Source of the DNA: a bacterium
Lineage (GTDB): Bacteria; Spirochaetota; Spirochaetia; Treponematales; Treponemataceae
Length of the DNA stretch: 64,000 bases
Reading direction: 5' to 3'
Assembly (NCBI GenBank): GCA_963648145.1
Contig: CAVJCY010000005.1
Span: 2,749 to 66,748 of the forward strand
In this document: positions 20,628 through 30,474 of the stretch, piece after piece
How positions within the stretch are numbered: position 1 is the first letter of the stretch
Layout: every line of letters begins with the position of its first letter
Translations under genes and position numbers: made by a program
The notes under the pieces: generated by a model
Told to the model about the DNA's origin: nothing
Database searches by the model: none
What the model saw: the letters and a program-made list of their open reading frames with translations, nothing else

Positions 20628-22313
20628 CGTATCCAGTGCGTTTAAATCACCGCCAAGAAAAGCGTCACAACTTGCATAAGGCATTGGTTTTCCGCGCAAA
20701 AATCCCTGAATTGCATTGCAGTTAAATTCACTCAAGATTTTCAATTGTTCAGGACTTTCAACACCTTCGGCAATTGTTTCAAGTCCCATATTTTTTACCA
20801 TTGTGATAATTGAATTTGTAATATTTGCCTGAACGCCATCGCAGTCTGTAATATTATTTATAAAGGATTTATCAATTTTAAGAGTATTTAATGGCAGTGC
20901 CTGAAGATAACTTAGAGAAGAATATCCTGTTCCAAAATCATCAAGCGAAACCCTGATTCCGAGTTTTTTAATTTGATTCAGCTTGTCAATTGCCATTTCC
21001 ATATCGTTAATCATAACGCCTTCTGTAATTTCAATTTCCAGATTTTCAGGGTTGATTTCATATTTATTTATGAGACTGGAAAGTTCAGCAATAAAAGAAT
21101 CTTGATTTAATTGCAACGGAGAAACGTTTACGGACATAATTCCTGCAAACTTGTGCTTTGTCTGCCAGTTTTTTAAAGTTGAAATTGCAGTATTCAAAAC
21201 CCATCTTCCAATTGGAATAATAAGTCCAGATTCTTCAGCCATCGGAATAAAAACTGACGGAGAAATCTCACCTAATTCCGTGTCATTCCATCTGATTAAT
21301 GCCTCAAAACCTCGCAAATTACCGGAAGTAACGTCAAACTGTGGCTGATAATATTGATTAAAGTTACATTCAAGAATCGCGTCCGTCATTTTACTTTGCA
21401 AAGTAAGGCGCTGAATGAATGCGCGCTGCATTTCTGGTTCAAAGTAAGTAAAATTATTTCTTCCGTTTTTCTTTGCATAGCGCAGAGCCATATCTGCAAA
21501 GCGGATAAGTTCTTCTTTTTGTTCTGTATTATCCGGGAAAATAGAAATTCCGCCAGAAATTCTTATATTTTCCATCAAGAATCGTTCAAAAATTGCATCA
21601 AGATAATTTGACACTCGGTCATAAGATTCGCAATCAGAAATTAAAATTAAAAATTCATCGTCACCATAACGGAAAATTCTGATAAAATCCCGCTGAAATT
21701 CCTTTAGAATTTCTGCAACATGAAGAATATACGCGTCGCCTTTTGAAGACCCCTGAGATTCGTTTATGCTCTTCATATTATCAATATCAAGAATCAAAAT
21801 ACCAGCATAATTTTTTGAATGACGGCAATTTTCTATAACTTCGTTAAAAATTTCTGTAAATCCTGAGCGGTTTATAAGACCCGTAAAAGGATCTTTTGTG
21901 AGCGAAGGTTTTATTTTGTTCAGATAATTTTTTTCAGAAGTAATGTCGCTTAAAACCACGATAAAAGTATCGTCGTCCGTCATTTGCAAAATAATTTTGA
22001 AATATTTTTTTATTGAGCCAGCATAAAAATCAATATTTTTGTACTGCATTCCGCATTTTACGTTTGCCGCAAGTCCCTGCCACGGAATGTCAAAATCAAA
22101 ATGAGTTTTTACCTCTGACAATTTTGTGCCTTCACAAATAAATTCCGAAAAATAATCTTTCATCATTTGATTTAAAGTAACAAATTCAAAATCAACATAG
22201 TTCGGAATTTCCGGAAAATTTGAATTGTAAGGATTTGTTTGTGAAAGTTCAGGATGGGCAATAAACGCAGGGCAAGGAAGTTTGTCAAAAATAAAGTCAA
22301 AATTGTGTGTCAT
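20616..22313 (-). CDS. GGDEF-EAL protein, probable c-di-GMP phosphodiesterase
   Basis: Degenerate RYGDDEF. Intact EAL, EITE, DDFGTGYSSL, KID and EGVE motifs. Confidence 0.92.
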   Translation of the reverse strand: MTHNFDFIFDKLPCPAFIAHPELSQTNPYNSNFPEIPNYVDFEFVTLNQMMKDYFSEFICEGTKLSEVKTHFDFDIPWQGLAANVKCGMQYKNIDFYAGSIKKYFKIILQMTDDDTFIVVLSDITSEKNYLNKIKPSLTKDPFTGLINRSGFTEIFNEVIENCRHSKNYAGILILDIDNMKSINESQGSSKGDAYILHVAEILKEFQRDFIRIFRYGDDEFLILISDCESYDRVSNYLDAIFERFLMENIRISGGISIFPDNTEQKEELIRFADMALRYAKKNGRNNFTYFEPEMQRAFIQRLTLQSKMTDAILECNFNQYYQPQFDVTSGNLRGFEALIRWNDTELGEISPSVFIPMAEESGLIIPIGRWVLNTAISTLKNWQTKHKFAGIMSVNVSPLQLNQDSFIAELSSLINKYEINPENLEIEITEGVMINDMEMAIDKLNQIKKLGIRVSLDDFGTGYSSLSYLQALPLNTLKIDKSFINNITDCDGVQANITNSIITMVKNMGLETIAEGVESPEQLKILSEFNCNAIQGFLRGKPMPYASCDAFLGGDLNALDTLSK

Positions 22314-22399
22314 AATCTTCTACTTTTTAAAATAATGTTTCCCATAGAATATAGATTTTTTCTAAAATGGTCAAATTTTTCTTATTCTGGGTATCAGGC

Positions 22400-22443
22400 A
22401 AAAAAAATGCCGCGATGAAAATTATCCATCGTGGCATTTTTTT
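22400..22443 (-). terminator. Terminator after potD
   Basis: A-run ATGCCGCGATG...CATCGTGGCAT T-run. Confidence 0.75.
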
Positions 22444-22445
22444 AT

Positions 22446-22481
22446 GGGTATCTCTAAAAATTGCAAGTTTTAGAGGTATCC
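22446..22481. mobile_element. MITE, 36-bp minimal form
   Basis: GGGTATCTCTAAAAATTGCAAGTTTTAGAGGTATCC, flanked by TTTAT on both sides. Confidence 0.85.
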
Positions 22482-22501
22482 TTTATGAAAAGTTCAAGAA
22501 A

Positions 22502-23551
22502 TTATTCAAAACGAATGTCTTGCCATAGTTTATTAAACTTGTCCAGACCTTCACCAATGTCATTTTTAAGTTCACAGTTATCCATCTGAGAAGCAGCATA
22601 AAGCGGAGTTGTAGTCATATATTTTGCAGCTTCAGGAACTATGTAGCACGGAAAATTAAAGTAATCAAGGAATTTTGCATAATTCTGAGGTTCAAGAATA
22701 TAATTTATAAACTTGCAGGCTAAATCATAATGTTTTGAATCTTTCAAAATCATCATGCTGTCAACATAAGATGGACCGCCTTCTTCCGGAATAAAAAAGT
22801 CAATTGTAGAATCCCAGCGGCTTTTTTCAACTTCGCCGTAAACAACTTCTGCATATCCCTGACAGAGCCAAAAATCTCCGCTTGCAAATGATTTTCCAAA
22901 GCCTTCTGCATCAAATTTTACAAGATTCGGCTTCCATTCTTTGATTATTAAATCTGCAGCAGATTTTAACTGAGTATCATCAAGGCTGTTTACTGAACAT
23001 CCCTGATGAACAAGTGCATCGCCAATAACTTCACGCATATCATCCATCATTGTTGCGTGTCCGGCAAATTTCTTATCTGCAAAAATATTCCAGCTTTTTT
23101 CATAAGAATCTTTTTCAACTTTTGAAATATTTACTGCAATTCCTGCCGCTCCGTAATAATAAGGTACTGCATATTTCATTGACGGATCGTAAGTTGTTTT
23201 TTCAAGAATCTTAGGATTTACATTTTTCATATTTGGAACGAGTGAAGAATCAATTTCACGAACCATACCCTGCTGAATCATAATTGAGGCAAAATCCTGA
23301 GAAGGAAAAACAATGTCGTAACCTTTTGCACCCGCACGAAGTTTTGAGTACATTTCTTCGTTTGAAGCGTAGTTATCAATTTTTACTGTAACGCCATATT
23401 CCTTTTCAAACTGAGCTACAACGTCTTCAGGCGTGTAATAAGTCCAATTGTAAAGGTACAATGTCTTGCCATCATCTGATGAACATGATGTAAGACCCAA
23501 AACTGCCCCAAAAAGAGCAGCACAAAGGACAAACTTAGAAATCTTTTTCAT
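22502..23551 (-). CDS. potD: Spermidine/putrescine ABC transporter binding lipoprotein
   Basis: Lipobox LTSC. YNWTYY, SNEEMYSKL, GYDIVFPS and DDMREV motifs. Confidence 0.93.
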   Translation of the reverse strand: MKKISKFVLCAALFGAVLGLTSCSSDDGKTLYLYNWTYYTPEDVVAQFEKEYGVTVKIDNYASNEEMYSKLRAGAKGYDIVFPSQDFASIMIQQGMVREIDSSLVPNMKNVNPKILEKTTYDPSMKYAVPYYYGAAGIAVNISKVEKDSYEKSWNIFADKKFAGHATMMDDMREVIGDALVHQGCSVNSLDDTQLKSAADLIIKEWKPNLVKFDAEGFGKSFASGDFWLCQGYAEVVYGEVEKSRWDSTIDFFIPEEGGPSYVDSMMILKDSKHYDLACKFINYILEPQNYAKFLDYFNFPCYIVPEAAKYMTTTPLYAASQMDNCELKNDIGEGLDKFNKLWQDIRFE

Positions 23552-23658
23552 AAGTTGCTCCTTAATTGTGCAATTTTCTGTTTTTCAGAAAATTTGAGTA
23601 TAAATAAAGCCTGCAACGCAAGCCTTTGGCGTCAGAAAACTGACGGATTTAACTATAA

Positions 23659-23694
23659 GGGTATCTCTAAAAATTGCAATTTTTAGAGGTTCCC
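23659..23694. mobile_element. MITE, 36-bp minimal form
   Basis: Palindrome with ATAA/ATAA duplication. Confidence 0.9.
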
Positions 23695-23735
23695 ATAACT
23701 ACAAAAGTGTTGTTTATGATGTGTAAAAAATTGCA

Positions 23736-24626
23736 TTATCGTGAAGCAGCAAAAGATTTCAGGCTTTTTCGTAAAATAATTGTGATTGTGGCAATTACTA
23801 CAATAATTACAAAGGAAAGTGCATTTATTACCGGGCTGACTCCAAAACGAATCATGGAGTATACGTAAAGAGGCAGAGTTGTGCTTCCAGGACCGCTAAC
23901 GAGAGCTGTAATTACGTAATCTTCCATGGACATTGTAACGCTCATCATAAAACCGGAAATGATTCCTGGCATTATTGAAGGAATAATTACTTTTACCAAA
24001 GTCTGGAATTCAGTCGCTCCAAGGTCGTGTGCTGCCTCAATAATCGAATAATCAAAATTATCAACGCGGGCACTAACCATCAGATAAACAAACGGAAGAC
24101 AGAAAGTCGTGTGTGCAATAAAAATTGTAAAAAGTCCCAGCGGAAATTTTATCATGCTGAAGAAAATAACCATGGAAACACCCATAATTACTTCCGGTAA
24201 AACCATTGGCAAAAATCCGATTGTCTGAATGTAATTGCTGCCCTTGAATTTGTACCAGTTGATTCCAATCGCAGCCAGTGAACCCAAAATTGTAGCAACA
24301 AGTGAAGAACTCAGCGCAATAATAATTGTGTTTAAAAGTGCCTGCCATAAAGGTTCACTTTCCATAAAGAGTTTTTCGTACCAAACAAACGAAAATCTAG
24401 TAAAGTTTGTGTCTTTTGATTCGTTGAATGAATAAAAAACTATTACAAAAAGCGGAACAAACAGAAATAAAACTGTAAGAATCAGTACAAGTTTTGAAAA
24501 ACTGAACGGTTTATTTCGTTTTTTCCACTGACGGCTTGCATGCCGTGAATTTTCTGTATTAATTTTTTTATCTAAAAATAATTTGAACGGATTTCTAAAT
24601 TTTACACCAGTCATTTTTTTCCTCAC
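23736..24626 (-). CDS. potC: Polyamine ABC permease
   Basis: YSFN, EAAHDLGA and TTLPLYVYSMIR motifs. Start GTG 24626 or ATG 24614. Confidence 0.93.
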   Translation of the reverse strand: MRKKMTGVKFRNPFKLFLDKKINTENSRHASRQWKKRNKPFSFSKLVLILTVLFLFVPLFVIVFYSFNESKDTNFTRFSFVWYEKLFMESEPLWQALLNTIIIALSSSLVATILGSLAAIGINWYKFKGSNYIQTIGFLPMVLPEVIMGVSMVIFFSMIKFPLGLFTIFIAHTTFCLPFVYLMVSARVDNFDYSIIEAAHDLGATEFQTLVKVIIPSIMPGIISGFMMSVTMSMEDYVITALVSGPGSTTLPLYVYSMIRFGVSPVINALSFVIIVVIATITIILRKSLKSFAASR

Positions 24627-24637
24627 AAGAAAAAATC

Positions 24638-25732
24638 CTAAACATTTGTAACAGCGTTTGCTTCAAAAGTTTTTGCCAGATTCTGAGCTTTAAGGGAATC
24701 TGCAAGACTTGAACCATCTGAAACACCTGAATCTTCTTTTGCGGAAGATTTTTTGAGGCTAGCTTCTTTTTTGCTTGTTGTAAGCATCCACAAAATTGCA
24801 GCCATAGAAACAATTGTAATGATAACGCTGAATGCAGAGGCAAGTGGCCAGTTTCTTACTTTTTGAACCTGATCCACAATGATATTTCCAAGCATATAAC
24901 TGTCTTTTCCACCAACTAACTGAGGAATTGTGTAGTTACCAAAAATCGGAATAAATGTGAAAATCAGTGCAGAAATAATGCCGGACTTGATTCCCGGAAG
25001 CAGAATTAAAAACATTGACTGCTGTTTATTTGCTCCCAAATCGCGCGACGCTTCCAAAAGACTAAAGTCAAAACGATCAACTGCCGTAAAAACCGGAAGA
25101 ATTGCATATGGAAGATACATGTAAACGCTTACAAGAATTACCGCACCCTGAGAAAACATAAATTTTTTTGGAATATATGGACTAGCAGGATTAAATCCGT
25201 GGAACAAATCATAGAAAAACTTGAACGTGCTATTCAAAAGTCCGTTATCACCAAGAATTGTCATCCAGGCAAAAATTCGGATAAGGCTGTTTGTTAAAAA
25301 TGGTACGATTATCAAAATCAGCCACAAAGTCTGATTTTTACTACGTGCCATTGCATAACCGCACGGAATTGCAATCAAAATTGTGATAAGTGTAGAAATT
25401 ACGGTAATCCAGAGAGTTCTTAAGAAAATTTTGCCGTAAGCAGAAGAAAAAATCTGCAAATATGATCCGAACGTAAAGCCCGATTTTGTGACCATATTTC
25501 CATTTTCGTCCATTTTTTTTACAACAAATTGAACGCCTCCGTAAACATCTCTTGTTAAAAACGAATATACAACAATAATTGCCAGAGGAATTATAAAAAA
25601 TACCGAAAACCAGATTCCCATTGGCCAGGCATAAACAGGACCTGGGTTTGATTTTTTAAATTTATTTGAATAAGCCTTAGACGCAGCCTTTAACTGCGCT
25701 GACTGTGCAGATTCTTTTTTGTTGTTTTTCAA
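24638..25732 (-). CDS. potB: Polyamine ABC permease
   Basis: NSLIRIFAW, YLPYAILP and EASRDLGA motifs. TTG start. Confidence 0.93.
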   Translation of the reverse strand: MKNNKKESAQSAQLKAASKAYSNKFKKSNPGPVYAWPMGIWFSVFFIIPLAIIVVYSFLTRDVYGGVQFVVKKMDENGNMVTKSGFTFGSYLQIFSSAYGKIFLRTLWITVISTLITILIAIPCGYAMARSKNQTLWLILIIVPFLTNSLIRIFAWMTILGDNGLLNSTFKFFYDLFHGFNPASPYIPKKFMFSQGAVILVSVYMYLPYAILPVFTAVDRFDFSLLEASRDLGANKQQSMFLILLPGIKSGIISALIFTFIPIFGNYTIPQLVGGKDSYMLGNIIVDQVQKVRNWPLASAFSVIITIVSMAAILWMLTTSKKEASLKKSSAKEDSGVSDGSSLADSLKAQNLAKTFEANAVTNV

Positions 25733-25775
25733 AGTCTAAATCCTTATAAAGTCCCGGAAAAATTCCGGAGATAAT

Positions 25776-25811
25776 GGGTATCTCTAAAAATTGCAATTTT
25801 TAGAGGTTCCC
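25776..25811. mobile_element. MITE, 36-bp minimal form
   Basis: Identical to the 23659 copy. TAAT/TAAT duplication. Confidence 0.9.
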
Positions 25812-25817
25812 TAATCT

Positions 25818-27005
25818 TTATTTGTTAATATCTTCAACAATATAACCGTCTTCTGAAGACCAGGAAATATAAACTGTATCTTTCCAGGCAATTTCAGGAC
25901 CATCATCAAGATAATTTGTATGCTGTTTGAAAACTTTTACAATTGTGCCGTTTTCAAGACGAACATAGAATTTTGACTGAAAGCCTGTATATACAGGTTC
26001 TTCAACAATACCTTTAAAGACATTGATGTCTTTTCTGCCACCAACGTTAGGAATCTCTGTTGTAATACGGATTTTTTCCGGACGGATTGTAAATGCAACC
26101 TTCTGACCTTTTTCTGTCTGTTCATAATCTGTAACCAGAATATTTTTGTCTTCCTCTCGTGTTGTCTGAGTGTCACCTGGAAGCGGTGTCTGAGTTCCAA
26201 GTGCAGGTGTATTCAGAGTAACATTGTATTCTGTGCCGGTTTTTCCTTGAAATTCATCACACTGAATGACTGTCGATTCAAAGAGGTTAGTTTCTCCAAT
26301 GAACTGAGCAACAAACTGAGTCGCTGGCTGTTCATAAATTTCGTACGGAGTTCCAACTTGAAGAACGTGTCCGGAATTCATAACTGCAATTCGGTCAGAA
26401 ACTGCAAGTGCTTCACTTTGATCATGAGTTACATAAATAAATGTAATTCCAATCTTGTCGTGAAGAGCATCAAGGTCAAGAAGAAGATTTGCACGGAGTT
26501 TTGCATCAAGTGCAGAAAGAGGTTCATCAAGAAGAAGAACTTTCGGTTCATTAATCAATGCACGGGCAATAGCTACACGCTGTTTTTGTCCTCCTGAAAG
26601 CTGATTCGGTTTTTTGTTAATATGCTGCTCCAGCTGAACCAAATGAACATACTCACGTACGCGTCTGTCAATTTCGTCTTTAGGAACTTTCTGAAGTCTC
26701 AAAGGAAAAGCTACATTTTCGTAAACCGTTAAGTGAGGAAAGAGTGCGTAAGTTTGAAAAACAGTATTTGAATGTCTTTTATTCGGAGGAAGACCAATGA
26801 TGTTTGTGTCATCAAAAAGGACTGCTCCAGAATCTGGAAATTCAAAACCAGCAATAATGCGGAGCAAAGTTGTCTTGCCGCAACCAGAAGGACCAAGTAA
26901 TGAGAAGAACTCACCCGGTTTAATAACAAAATTGATGTCATCCAGGGCAACAAAGTCGCCGAATCTTTTGGATACATGATCAATGGTAACCTGACTTTGT
27001 TTCAA
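25818..27005 (-). CDS. potA: Polyamine ABC ATPase
   Basis: GPSGCGKT, LSGGQKQR and LLDEPLSALD motifs. TTG start at 27005 after SD AAGAGG preferred over ATG 27041. Confidence 0.93.
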   Translation of the reverse strand: MKQSQVTIDHVSKRFGDFVALDDINFVIKPGEFFSLLGPSGCGKTTLLRIIAGFEFPDSGAVLFDDTNIIGLPPNKRHSNTVFQTYALFPHLTVYENVAFPLRLQKVPKDEIDRRVREYVHLVQLEQHINKKPNQLSGGQKQRVAIARALINEPKVLLLDEPLSALDAKLRANLLLDLDALHDKIGITFIYVTHDQSEALAVSDRIAVMNSGHVLQVGTPYEIYEQPATQFVAQFIGETNLFESTVIQCDEFQGKTGTEYNVTLNTPALGTQTPLPGDTQTTREEDKNILVTDYEQTEKGQKVAFTIRPEKIRITTEIPNVGGRKDINVFKGIVEEPVYTGFQSKFYVRLENGTIVKVFKQHTNYLDDGPEIAWKDTVYISWSSEDGYIVEDINK

Positions 27006-27055
27006 TTCAAGTAACCTCTTAAAAAAAAATAAACCGCACATACATGCAGGAAACT

Positions 27056-27121
27056 AAAAAAAAGCCCCAGTCCCAGCTGACAGTTGTCCCGCGGCTATTC
27101 AGATGCCACCGGCTTTTTTTT
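27056..27121 (-). promoter_or_regulatory. GC-rich structured leader of potABCD (candidate cis-regulatory RNA)
   Basis: A8GCC..GGCU8 closing stem enclosing a GUGGC-AUCUGAAUA-GCCGC hairpin and GGGACAACUGUCAGCUGGGACUGG. Confidence 0.5.
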
Positions 27122-27171
27122 GTCGGAAGTGTAAAATACACCTCTTAAACGCGACTTTAAGTTTTTTATAA

Positions 27172-27210
27172 GGGAATCTCTAAAAATTGCAATTTTTAGA
27201 GGTAACTCTG
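27172..27210. mobile_element. MITE, short form
   Basis: GGGAATCTCTAAAAATTGCAATTTTTAGAGGTAACTCTG. Confidence 0.8.
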
Positions 27211-27261
27211 CCTATAATCAGGAGCACGCAAAAAACTGAAGTTTTCTTTGTTTTCCAGCAT
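27196..27261 (-). CDS. Candidate 21-aa leader peptide MLENKENFSFLRAPDYRQSYL
   Basis: AAGGA SD 5 nt before ATG. Upstream of and co-directional with potA. Confidence 0.35.
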   Translation of the reverse strand: MLENKENFSFLRAPDYRQSYL

Positions 27262-27391
27262 AAAAATCCTTAAATTCGGCTTTTCTGTAACGATAACGAT
27301 GAAGTAAATAGATAAAATAGTCAATCATTAATTTTAATAAATTCAAAAAAAATCAGATGAGGAAGAAATAAAAAATCACTATAATTGCCAC

Positions 27392-28147
27392 ATGCTTTTT
27401 TCTAAAAAATGTGTCAGCCAGGCTTTTAAAAATTCAATTCCGGTGTTTTTTGGTTATATCGCGCTGGGAATTGCATACGGAATCCTTGTCGTAGAAAAAA
27501 ATTATCCGTGGTGGCTTTCGCCACTTTCAGGGCTTGTGCTTTATACCGGAACCGGCCAGTTTGCTGCAATAGGACTTTTTGCTGCGGGAGCGAGTTTACC
27601 GGTCATTTTAATTACAGAATTTTTGATTGGAATTCGTCATATTTTTTACGGACTTTCTTTGATTACAAAATTTTCTGGTCTAAAAGCATATAAACCGTAT
27701 CTGATTTTTGCACTCACAGATGAAACTTATTCCATTTTAACAACCATTGATGTACCTGACGGAATAGAAAAGAGCTCTTTTTATTTTTGGATTTCTGCTT
27801 TTGATCAATTTTATTGGATTGCAGGAAGTACAATCGGGGCATTAATAGGAACTTTAATTCCTTTTGATTTTGCTGGCGTTGATTTTGCACTTACGGCACT
27901 ATTTGCGGTCCTTCTTGTAAATCAGATTAAAAAAACAAAAGACTGGATTTCTGTTTTATGCGGTGGAATTTCAACTTTTCTTGCAATAATTTTGTGCAGA
28001 GTTTTGAACAAAAACGGTATTTTGCTGGATTCAAGCAATATTCTTCTAGTTGGAATGGCCGCAGGTCTTGTCGTCATGACCGCAATAAAATCGCACAGCT
28101 TATTAAAATCTGAAAAATCAGAATTAACAGAAAAGGAAATAGAATAA
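27392..28147 (+). CDS. azlC: Branched-chain amino acid exporter AzlC
   Basis: PVFFGYIALGIAYG, GQF, RHIFYGLS, LTDETY and DFALTALF motifs. Confidence 0.93.
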   Translation: MLFSKKCVSQAFKNSIPVFFGYIALGIAYGILVVEKNYPWWLSPLSGLVLYTGTGQFAAIGLFAAGASLPVILITEFLIGIRHIFYGLSLITKFSGLKAYKPYLIFALTDETYSILTTIDVPDGIEKSSFYFWISAFDQFYWIAGSTIGALIGTLIPFDFAGVDFALTALFAVLLVNQIKKTKDWISVLCGGISTFLAIILCRVLNKNGILLDSSNILLVGMAAGLVVMTAIKSHSLLKSEKSELTEKEIE

Positions 28148-28148
28148 T

Positions 28149-28487
28149 ATGGAAAATACAAGTTTATCAGTTTTATCAGCCATAATTATAACTTTACTTT
28201 CTGCCTTGATAATAATTTTTGAAAGGGCATTTCCATTCTTGATTTTTGTAAACCGAAAACCGCCAAAAATCATCAGTTTTATAGAAAAATGCATTCCGCC
28301 TCTTATTATGGCGTGCCTCTTAGTTTACAGCCTGAAAGACTTGAATTTTCTCGCTGGTTCTGCAAATTATTTACCGGCAATTATCAGTCTGGTCGTTACA
28401 GTCGCTCTACATTTATGGAAAGACAACAGCCTCTTAAGCATCTTCGGTGGCACAATTTTGTACATGCTCTTAATCCGTGTGATGTAG
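28149..28487 (+). CDS. azlD: AzlD family protein
   Basis: RAFPFLIF, HLWK and LLSIFGGT motifs. Follows azlC. Confidence 0.9.
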   Translation: MENTSLSVLSAIIITLLSALIIIFERAFPFLIFVNRKPPKIISFIEKCIPPLIMACLLVYSLKDLNFLAGSANYLPAIISLVVTVALHLWKDNSLLSIFGGTILYMLLIRVM

Positions 28488-28760
28488 GTGAAAAAAAATC
28501 TGCACAAGCGCAGCGCGGAAGCCTTTTTTTCAGGGCGGGTTCTCGTCGAAGTATTCCGAAAGTAGAAAATATCTCGCGTATATTTTCTCAAACAATTCAA
28601 TATTTTAAAAAATGTTAAGATACAATCTTCCTCAAAACTCTTTTTCAAAGCGCATACTCAAAAAAATAATTTTTACATCGGCACGTCAAAAGTTGAAAAG
28701 CGTCCTGTTCTAGAGTAGAATAAAATTCACAAATTTTATCAAAATTATGGGGAAATCAAA

Positions 28761-29393
28761 ATGAACAATTTTATTTTTTTAGGACCACCGGGAGCGGGCA
28801 AAGGCTCTTTAGCAGTAAAAGTTAAGGAAGAATATAAAATTCCACATATTTCAACTGGTGACATTTTCCGTGCAAATATCAAGGCACAGACTCCGCTTGG
28901 AATAAAAGTTAAGGCAATCATCGATTCTGGTTCGCTCGTAAGTGACGACTTGACTTTTGAACTTGTAAAAGACCGTCTTGCTCAGGACGATTGCAAAAAC
29001 GGTTACATTCTCGACGGTTTTCCGCGCACAATTCCACAGGCAGAAATGCTTGAAAGTCTTGGCGTAGAACTTAAAGTTGTAAATTTTGAAATTAAGGACG
29101 AAATTGTAATTAAACGTCTTTCTACACGACGTGTTTGCAAGTCTTGCGGTGCAAATTACAATATTCTTACCCTTAAGCCAAAAGTAGAAGGCATTTGCGA
29201 TTCTTGTGGTGGCGAACTTTATCAGCGCGACGACGATAAACAGGAATCAATCCTTCACCGAATGGACGTTTACCGCGAACAGACTCAGCCTTTAATTGAT
29301 TTTTACAAGGCAAAGGGAAAAATCACAAATCTTGACGCTTCAATTGAAACTTCAGACCTGCTCAAGATTTTTGAAGAAAAATTCCCACGTTAG
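28761..29393 (+). CDS. adk: Adenylate kinase (zinc-lid type)
   Basis: GPPGAGKG, HISTGD, LDGFPRT and a CxxC..CxxC lid. Confidence 0.97.
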   Translation: MNNFIFLGPPGAGKGSLAVKVKEEYKIPHISTGDIFRANIKAQTPLGIKVKAIIDSGSLVSDDLTFELVKDRLAQDDCKNGYILDGFPRTIPQAEMLESLGVELKVVNFEIKDEIVIKRLSTRRVCKSCGANYNILTLKPKVEGICDSCGGELYQRDDDKQESILHRMDVYREQTQPLIDFYKAKGKITNLDASIETSDLLKIFEEKFPR

Positions 29394-29401
29394 TTTTTTC
29401 C

Positions 29402-29500
29402 GGGCGTTCCCCTGCTTTTAGCAGGGTCAGGCTATCCGCACTTCCGCTGGCGCTTCAAACGCTTCGCGTTCGCCTGCGGCGGTGCTTCTATCCTTAACGC
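29402..29500. repeat. Multibranch structured repeat, compact copy G (possibly Flavo-1-like)
   Basis: GGGCGTT-CCCTGCT/AGCAGGG-TCAGGCTATCC...CTATCCTTAACGC. Confidence 0.75.
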
Positions 29501-29543
29501 GCTGGCGCAAAAACTTTTACCCTCTCTCCATTATTTTACCCCA

Positions 29544-30455
29544 ATGATTTCCGTTTCTGATTTTTACAAAAAAATTTTTGGACAAAAAGTTTATAAAATT
29601 TCACTTGATGCTGGCTGCACTTGTCCAACCCGTGATGGTTCAAAAGGAAAAGGTGGCTGTATTTTTTGCAGTCAGTCAGGCAGCGGAGACTTTGCTTCAA
29701 ATAAAAAGCTTTCCATAACAGAACAGGTAGAAAACGCAAAACTTCTTGTAAATCGCAAATTTTCCCGCGCAAGTGCAAGAGGAATAGAAACTCAAAAAAA
29801 ATACATCGCATATTTTCAGAATTTTACAAACACTTACGGCAATCCTCAAAAACTTTTAAGAAAATATCAGGAAGCACTTTTGTGCAAAGATGTACTGGGG
29901 CTTGCAATTGCGACGCGTCCAGATTGCCTAAATCCAGAAATTTTAAGCGGAATTGCAAAGCTTTCTCAAAAATATTTTATTCAATTAGAATTAGGTTTTC
30001 AGACAAGTAACGAAAAAACGGCGGAATATTGCCGCCGTGGTTTTCCAAATTCAGTTTATGAAGACGCCGTAAAAAAAATTACCGAATTTTCCGATGGCAA
30101 AATCCACATTGTAACTCATTTAATTTTTGGTCTTCCTGGTGACAGCGATGATGATATGGAAAATTCTGTAAAATACGTTTGCAACGTAAATCAAAATAAA
30201 AACTGGGGAATAAAAATCACGTCTTTGTACATTTTAAAAAACACAGATTTAGAAAAAGAATTCCTGCAGAAAAAATTTAACGCTTTAAGCGAAGAAAAAT
30301 ATCTTGAATTATTAAAAACGGCACTTTCAATTTTGCCTCAAAATGTCGTGATTCATCGTCTTACCGGCGACCCTCCAAAAAATCTCTTAATTGCCCCTCA
30401 ATGGACTGCAAACAAAAGGGAAGTTTTAAACAGAATTCAGCAGATTTTTAAGTAG
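29544..30455 (+). CDS. TIGR01212-type radical SAM protein (YhcC/YtqA family)
   Basis: CPTRDG..GGCIFC, YFQNFTNTY, TRPDC and IHRLTGD motifs. Confidence 0.92.
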   Translation: MISVSDFYKKIFGQKVYKISLDAGCTCPTRDGSKGKGGCIFCSQSGSGDFASNKKLSITEQVENAKLLVNRKFSRASARGIETQKKYIAYFQNFTNTYGNPQKLLRKYQEALLCKDVLGLAIATRPDCLNPEILSGIAKLSQKYFIQLELGFQTSNEKTAEYCRRGFPNSVYEDAVKKITEFSDGKIHIVTHLIFGLPGDSDDDMENSVKYVCNVNQNKNWGIKITSLYILKNTDLEKEFLQKKFNALSEEKYLELLKTALSILPQNVVIHRLTGDPPKNLLIAPQWTANKREVLNRIQQIFK

Positions 30456-30474
30456 AGCACAGTCTTTCAAAAAA

